Assembly (NCBI GenBank): GCA_965200315.1
Contig: OZ241362.1
Location: 4,992,001-5,056,000 of the forward strand
From: Candidatus Latescibacterota bacterium
GTDB lineage: Bacteria > Latescibacterota > UBA2968 > UBA8231
Direction of reading: 5' to 3'
Length of the DNA: 64,000 nt
This document shows, piece after piece, positions 58,738 through 64,000 of this stretch (positions are counted from its first letter, which is position 1; every line of letters starts with the position of its first letter). Both the position numbers and the translations under genes were made by a program. The notes beneath the pieces were generated by a model. That model saw only the letters and a list, made by a program, of their open reading frames with translations, searched no databases and was not told the origin of the DNA.

Positions 58738-61530
58738 ATGATCAGAACTAGGGGGATACCCGCGTGGCTGGTCCTTTTGGCACTGGTATGGTCGGCGACC
58801 GAGGCGACCGGCCAGTCGCCGGACCGTCGTTTCGGGACCCAGCGCGGTGCCCAACTCACCTTTGAGCCGCGCGGCCCGGGCGTCCTCTTTGATGCGCTCG
58901 ATCCGGCGCTCAAGAAATGGTACGTGCCGCAAGAGCTATACGTCGATTACGGTTTTCGCCAGTGGGAGTACTCGAACTACGCCAGAGACTTGTACCAACG
59001 CTACGTCAACACCAACCGCCAGGGCGGGCCGTTTTACGACCTGTACGGAAATTACCAGACTTGGGGCTGGCTGATCTTCGATTGGAATCAGACGCAACCG
59101 GGCCAATTTGGTTCGTCGATATACAAAGACCCGAGGTTCAATGCGTGGTTCAATGCCGTTACGGTCTCTGCTGATTCGCGCGATCAGTATTACTTGGCGA
59201 TAACCATTGGTGAGCGCATCCGCACCGCCCTGACTCCGCTGACCTTTTCAAAGCCGCGTTTCAACGGCATCCAGATGGACTTTGCCGCGGACAAATACGA
59301 GGCGACGCTGTTGTTTTCCCGCGCCAGCGAGGCGATTCTCGGCACCACCCCCGCACTCCAGCCCAGCACTTCAACCAACGCGACCAATATGATGGGGGGA
59401 CGGGCCACGGCGCAGGTGGGAGATTTTGTCAAGGTCGGCGCGACTATGGTCAATGCCCACCACTCGCAGACGCTGGCCGAGGCGTTTGAACGCAACCCAT
59501 TCATCGGCACCTTGGGAGCCGGGCAAGGCAGCGATCCGATCCGGGTTATCGCGGTGGTGCTGAGCGACGATTCCCCGGAAGACGGTCAGGGCGGTGCCGC
59601 GTTGTTTGCCCACGACATCATAATTACCGCCGAGGATTTCGACACCAAGAAGCGCACAAAATTCCGCTTGCGAGAGGTGGTAGCCGATCCGACCAAATGG
59701 CCGGTGATTACGGGCGGCTTCCCCCGGGAAGGGTTTCTGGCCGCCGACGGCGAGGAACAAATCGTCATCAACTACGACTTCACCGACTTGGCGTACATTG
59801 GCCCGCGGCCGACCGAGATTGTCGATATCCAGTTCGATCTCGTGGTGGCCAACGACTACAAGATCGAGGTGTGGTCGGATCGCCAGATCGGGCGCGGTAG
59901 TTTGCCCAGCCCGCCGCTTACGGGCTTGGATTTGGCGCAAGCGGGTGCCGTGCTGTTCGATGTCCGCAGCGCCGCAGGCAATGTGACGGACAATTCAAAC
60001 CAGCAGCGCGTCGTCTTTGACTACGGACTGCCATCGGCCAACATGGTATTCGGATTTACGATGGAAGTGCTGCAGTTGATGGGGTTTGACGCCTATGCCG
60101 AGTACGACATTAATCGCGACTACACCCAGTACCCCAACCTCACGCTCGCCAACGCGGACCGCAACCTGCGCACCCACGCGCGCGATGCCGCGGCTTGGAT
60201 GATCAACGTTTCCAAGCAGGCGTATCCGTTCTTTTTGTTCGGCGAAGCCTTCAGCATGGACCCCGACTATTCGACGACGGCGTTTATCGTCGATTCAGGC
60301 GGCAACGTGTACTACGACGACACACGCACCTCAATGTATGAGTTTGTCGATGACAACGACGACCAAGACCGTACGCCCGATTGGAACCGCTGGGGGCAGG
60401 GTGGCCCGGATGCGATCGTTTTTCCCGGTTGGGACGAAAACAACGACTTCGTCTCGGACTTCAACCAGAACGACAATATCTCGCTGAGCAATCGCATCCC
60501 GGACTACGAGGAGCCGTTTTTCCGCTACAAAGTCGATCGCCCAGAATTCCTCTTTGGCATTGACCTCAACAACAACAACTGGATCGATCGGTTTGAAAAC
60601 GACGACTTGCCCGACTACCCCTATCGCAGGAATCACCGGGGCTACAATGTTTATGTCGGCCAATATCTGACGCCGGAGGCGCGATTGACGGTGGGGCGAC
60701 TGCGTGAAGACGAGATTTCTTCCAACCGCCGCAGCCATGCGACCTACGGCGTTTTCACGTATGACCGCGACCACCCGCAATGGGGCCGCTTGCGGTTTTT
60801 CAATTCGTTGAAAAAGGTCGCGGACAATATCCCCGACGTGCGCCGCGAGCCGACTCTATACCTGCAAACGGTCTCGCTGGCCCTCGTTGAGGACATCCTG
60901 CCGGCGAGGGACACTTGGGTCAATGACAGCTACGTGCAATTCGATTGCGAACCGCTCAAAAAGTTGAATGTGAGCAACAAGTTCAAATACAGCCTCTTCA
61001 GCCAGCGCGGTCAGGCGTTCGAAAGCGGCGATGCGCCCATCCTCAATGAACGCACGGAGTTTCTGGGTTTGATCAATAAGGCGGATTACACCCGCAAAAT
61101 TGGCCAGTTCGTGCTGCAACCCAAGGTGAAAAGCGAATACCTCAATCAGACGGCCTTTTTGCAGGCCGATCCCGACCGCAAGGAGTGGATGGGGATTGGC
61201 ATCGTGCAGGCGCGGCTGCCGGTATTGAACAACTCCTTCCTCGAAAGCGGCGTGGAGTATTCGGTTTTCCGCGAGTTGGTCTTGGACGAGGACGCCTTGC
61301 TGGACGACGGCCCCACCCAAGACACGGGCGATTTCCGCAACTTGGTCTTGGCCGTGCAGTGGACGACCCTCGGGCACTACCTCGGCTACAAGCTCACCAC
61401 TCAGTTCGGCGTTAGCTATACCAAGCGGTGGGACGAGGCCGTGATGTTGGGGGCCGACGGCCTTGTGAAGCAGAGCGAGAGCCGATCCTTTGGCACCAGC
61501 TTTATCTCGGTGTACGCCGGTGTAGAATGA
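58738..61530 (+). CDS. Large exported hypothetical protein, possible outer-membrane barrel with acidic Ca-binding loops (paralog A)
   Basis: Signal peptide; DDSPEDG, DDNDDQD, DENND..SD.NQN and IDLNNN....RFENDD motifs; amphipathic strand pattern in the last ~250 aa, ending SFISVYAGVE. Confidence 0.7.
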   Translation: MIRTRGIPAWLVLLALVWSATEATGQSPDRRFGTQRGAQLTFEPRGPGVLFDALDPALKKWYVPQELYVDYGFRQWEYSNYARDLYQRYVNTNRQGGPFYDLYGNYQTWGWLIFDWNQTQPGQFGSSIYKDPRFNAWFNAVTVSADSRDQYYLAITIGERIRTALTPLTFSKPRFNGIQMDFAADKYEATLLFSRASEAILGTTPALQPSTSTNATNMMGGRATAQVGDFVKVGATMVNAHHSQTLAEAFERNPFIGTLGAGQGSDPIRVIAVVLSDDSPEDGQGGAALFAHDIIITAEDFDTKKRTKFRLREVVADPTKWPVITGGFPREGFLAADGEEQIVINYDFTDLAYIGPRPTEIVDIQFDLVVANDYKIEVWSDRQIGRGSLPSPPLTGLDLAQAGAVLFDVRSAAGNVTDNSNQQRVVFDYGLPSANMVFGFTMEVLQLMGFDAYAEYDINRDYTQYPNLTLANADRNLRTHARDAAAWMINVSKQAYPFFLFGEAFSMDPDYSTTAFIVDSGGNVYYDDTRTSMYEFVDDNDDQDRTPDWNRWGQGGPDAIVFPGWDENNDFVSDFNQNDNISLSNRIPDYEEPFFRYKVDRPEFLFGIDLNNNNWIDRFENDDLPDYPYRRNHRGYNVYVGQYLTPEARLTVGRLREDEISSNRRSHATYGVFTYDRDHPQWGRLRFFNSLKKVADNIPDVRREPTLYLQTVSLALVEDILPARDTWVNDSYVQFDCEPLKKLNVSNKFKYSLFSQRGQAFESGDAPILNERTEFLGLINKADYTRKIGQFVLQPKVKSEYLNQTAFLQADPDRKEWMGIGIVQARLPVLNNSFLESGVEYSVFRELVLDEDALLDDGPTQDTGDFRNLVLAVQWTTLGHYLGYKLTTQFGVSYTKRWDEAVMLGADGLVKQSESRSFGTSFISVYAGVE

Positions 61531-64000
61531 CGCGACGCAATCTAAAAATGGGGACGCGCCTGCGGTGGGCGGTGGTTTGTCTGCTGGCCGGTCTAGTGCC
61601 AGTGGCTGCCCAGCCCGATTACGGCAACCGCCTAGGGACCAACGAGGAGGACCGGGTTTCCTATTACGCCTCCGGCCCACTCGTGCAGCAGGAAGCGTCC
61701 GTTCCCGCGTTGAAGCGCTGGTACATGCCGCAGGAAATCGTCTCTGAATACCGCTGGCAGTGGGAGTACACCAATTACGCACGGGATCCCTACCGGCGCT
61801 ACTTTTCTCCCGGGCAGGAAGGCGACTATTTCTACGATCTGTACGGGCGCTATTTGACCAAGGGTTGGTTGGTGTACGACTGGCGGCAGCGGCAGCCGAC
61901 CAGTTCTGGAGGCTCGGGCCTGCTCAAACCGTCTGGGCGCTACGACTCGTGGTTCAGCAACCTGCTCGTCTCCACCGATACCAAGGGCCAGCACTATTTG
62001 GGGGTGACCATCGGCGACCTAATCAACACCACGTTGACGCCGATGACGTTCCGCAAAACTAGGTTCAACGGAGTGCAGTTCGACTATGCCTCTGACCGCT
62101 TGGCCGCTACCGTGCTGATGTCGCGGATTAGTCTGCCGGTGCATCAGATTGCTCCGGGTGTGCGCGTCCCCACCGTCACTGAGAATTTTACCAACCTACT
62201 CGGCCTCCGGGGCGAGTGGGAGGTCCTCGACGCCGTGCGCTTGGGTGCGACCTTTGTCAACGCCCACAACGGCCGATCGCAATCCGACCGCGGCGGCAAT
62301 CCCTTCAAGGGCAAGCTGACCAACGGCCAACTGGAAAATCGCATCAACTGGATCATCGTCCGCATAACAGACGACTCACCTGAAGACGGCGCGGGCGGTC
62401 CTACGGTTTTCGACCGGGATATCGAAGTACATACCCAAATCGGCGGCCGCGACACCGTGCTGGTCGGCAGTCAGATCGGTTTTCTGCCGCAGGTAGAGGG
62501 GGGGGCCACGCGCAATGGTTTTCCCGTTGCCGAAGGAGCTGGCAGCGAGGGCGAGATTACCTATCGGTACAATTTCTCTTCGGAGGACCCGGCGGTGATG
62601 GCACTGGAAGACATCATCGACGATGCCGATTTGGTCAACAACATCACCGCAGTGAAGTTCCGCTTCCTACTCAACAACGACTACCGGATCGATGTTACCT
62701 CGGATGTCCAGACCGACAATGAACCGTTGGGTGCCCAATCCAAGTTCTTAAACGTGGTGCGAGCAGCGGGCAATGTCCAAGACAACTCCAACCAGCGGTG
62801 GGTCGTCTTCGACTACGGCCTACCGACGGCGACCCAAATTTTCGGTTTCAGTTTTGAGGTCAGCGATTGGGCGGGCTTGCGGATGTACGGCGAGTACAAT
62901 GTCAACCACCAGTTCCGGCAGTACCCCAATATCACTCGTCAGACGCACCACAGCGCGTCCGGCGTGTTGGGGAATGAGTCGGCCACGGGTTGGATGGTCA
63001 ACGTCGCCAGAGAATTTTATCCCTTCTTCCTGTTCGGCGAGGCGTTCAGCATGGACGCCGAGTACAATACCACGTCGTTTCTCGTCGATCAGGGCGGGCG
63101 GGTCAATTACAGCGACGACGAAGAGGCGCGGTCGGAGTTTCTCTACGACTTGGTCGATGACAACGACGACAACGACATTCGCCTCGACCAGCGGCGCGAC
63201 AAGGAGGGGCTGGCCGACGGAGCGGTGTTCCCCGGGCTCGATGAAAACAACGACTTTATTTCCGATTTTAATCAGAATAACACGCCAGTGCGTCCCAATT
63301 TCATGCCCGATTACGAAGAGCAATTCCTGCGTCACTACGTCGATCGGCCGGAATTCGTCTTTGCCATCGACTTGAACAACAACGGTTGGGGCGAGCGCTT
63401 TGAGAACGACGACGAGCCGGACTATCCCTATAAGCGCGACCAGCGCGGGTACAACGCCTACTTGGGTGCGTGGCTGACGCCGGAGCTGAAGTGGATGGCC
63501 GGGCAAGAGCAAGTGCAGCGATTATCGACCGACGCAAAGAACCTGACCCGCTACGCCCTGCTGGCCTACGAGCGCAATTTCCCGCGGGTGGGAAATGTTG
63601 CCTTTTACAACATGTTTAAGCTGGTACAGGACGACATCGCCGACGATGTGGTCCAGTGGGTGACAGCGCGACCCGAGTTGGGCCGACCGCTGGACTCGCC
63701 GGGGTCGATGCAGCCGGTCATGGATCCGCTGGCGATGCGCAATGCCGTCGTCAATCGGCTGTGGGTCGGTCTCACGGGCAAGGCCTACAAGGGCATCAAC
63801 AGCGAGGGCAAGTTCATCCACGAATTCATTCGGCAGCGCGACGCCGATGCCCGCGACCGCGCCGGCCGCAAGATCGCCCGCAACACGCGGCGGCTGGGGC
63901 TAATCAACCGCCTAGATTACCAATTCTCGCTAGGCCGGTTGACTATACAACCGCGTTTCAAGCACGAACTCTTCATGGACGATACGCCCTACAATATCGG
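61527..64000 (+). CDS. Large exported hypothetical protein (paralog B), runs off the window end; absent from the ORF track
   Basis: ATG overlaps the paralog A stop. MTRRNLKMGTRLRWAVVCLLAGLVPVAAQPDYG...PALKRWYMPQE..WEYTNYARD, DDSPEDG, DDNDDND, FPGLDENNDFISDFNQN and IDLNNNG...RFENDDEPDYPY are colinear with paralog A. Confidence 0.8.
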   Translation, partial: MTRRNLKMGTRLRWAVVCLLAGLVPVAAQPDYGNRLGTNEEDRVSYYASGPLVQQEASVPALKRWYMPQEIVSEYRWQWEYTNYARDPYRRYFSPGQEGDYFYDLYGRYLTKGWLVYDWRQRQPTSSGGSGLLKPSGRYDSWFSNLLVSTDTKGQHYLGVTIGDLINTTLTPMTFRKTRFNGVQFDYASDRLAATVLMSRISLPVHQIAPGVRVPTVTENFTNLLGLRGEWEVLDAVRLGATFVNAHNGRSQSDRGGNPFKGKLTNGQLENRINWIIVRITDDSPEDGAGGPTVFDRDIEVHTQIGGRDTVLVGSQIGFLPQVEGGATRNGFPVAEGAGSEGEITYRYNFSSEDPAVMALEDIIDDADLVNNITAVKFRFLLNNDYRIDVTSDVQTDNEPLGAQSKFLNVVRAAGNVQDNSNQRWVVFDYGLPTATQIFGFSFEVSDWAGLRMYGEYNVNHQFRQYPNITRQTHHSASGVLGNESATGWMVNVAREFYPFFLFGEAFSMDAEYNTTSFLVDQGGRVNYSDDEEARSEFLYDLVDDNDDNDIRLDQRRDKEGLADGAVFPGLDENNDFISDFNQNNTPVRPNFMPDYEEQFLRHYVDRPEFVFAIDLNNNGWGERFENDDEPDYPYKRDQRGYNAYLGAWLTPELKWMAGQEQVQRLSTDAKNLTRYALLAYERNFPRVGNVAFYNMFKLVQDDIADDVVQWVTARPELGRPLDSPGSMQPVMDPLAMRNAVVNRLWVGLTGKAYKGINSEGKFIHEFIRQRDADARDRAGRKIARNTRRLGLINRLDYQFSLGRLTIQPRFKHELFMDDTPYNI

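Noticed and set aside
60340-60620. GAC/AAC-rich low-complexity runs
   Set aside because: Explained by the Asp/Asn-rich protein motifs; not a DNA-level repeat array.
1-64000. CRISPR arrays, tRNA/rRNA genes, riboswitches, prophage or full-length IS
   Set aside because: None recognised by eye in the intergenic regions. A covariance-model scan (tRNAscan-SE, Infernal/Rfam) is needed to exclude small RNAs.

Overview
GC-rich bacterial chromosomal window. Its gene content (FlgD-Ig/dockerin surface proteins, a C-terminal 'TAVE..SWG.IK' tail, DUF6785-like membrane proteins) suggests a Latescibacterota-like diderm, but this is inference only. In order: peptide ABC ATPases, PpiD/SurA, a beta-hydroxyacid dehydrogenase and NAD kinase; an AT-richer islet (EcsC, PIN-like, PD-(D/E)XK); SDR, PQQ-dehydrogenase, BCCT, TonB-receptor, frameshifted PhyH, enolase-superfamily and HAD genes; and a complete N-methylglutamate methylamine pathway (mgsABC/glxBCD, gmaS/glnT, mgdABCD/soxBDAG). 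That pathway is interrupted twice: by a KpnI-like type II R-M pair, and by a ~7.85 kb block holding a decayed type I R-M/toxin-antitoxin island with a MITE-disrupted higA and a 59-bp templated patch at the hsdS/hsdR deletion junction. Then come trkH/trkA, rhaM, a cfa-like gene and an orphan solute-binding protein. From 49.2 kb to the window end lies a co-oriented cluster of uncharacterised exported proteins: one SWG-tailed protein, three paralogs with a (T/S)PNGDGxND+FlgD-like C-terminus, and two large paralogs with acidic Ca-loop motifs and a barrel-like C-terminus. This cluster is the best candidate for an undescribed secretion or surface-assembly system. All family calls come from motif recognition by eye; no searches were run.
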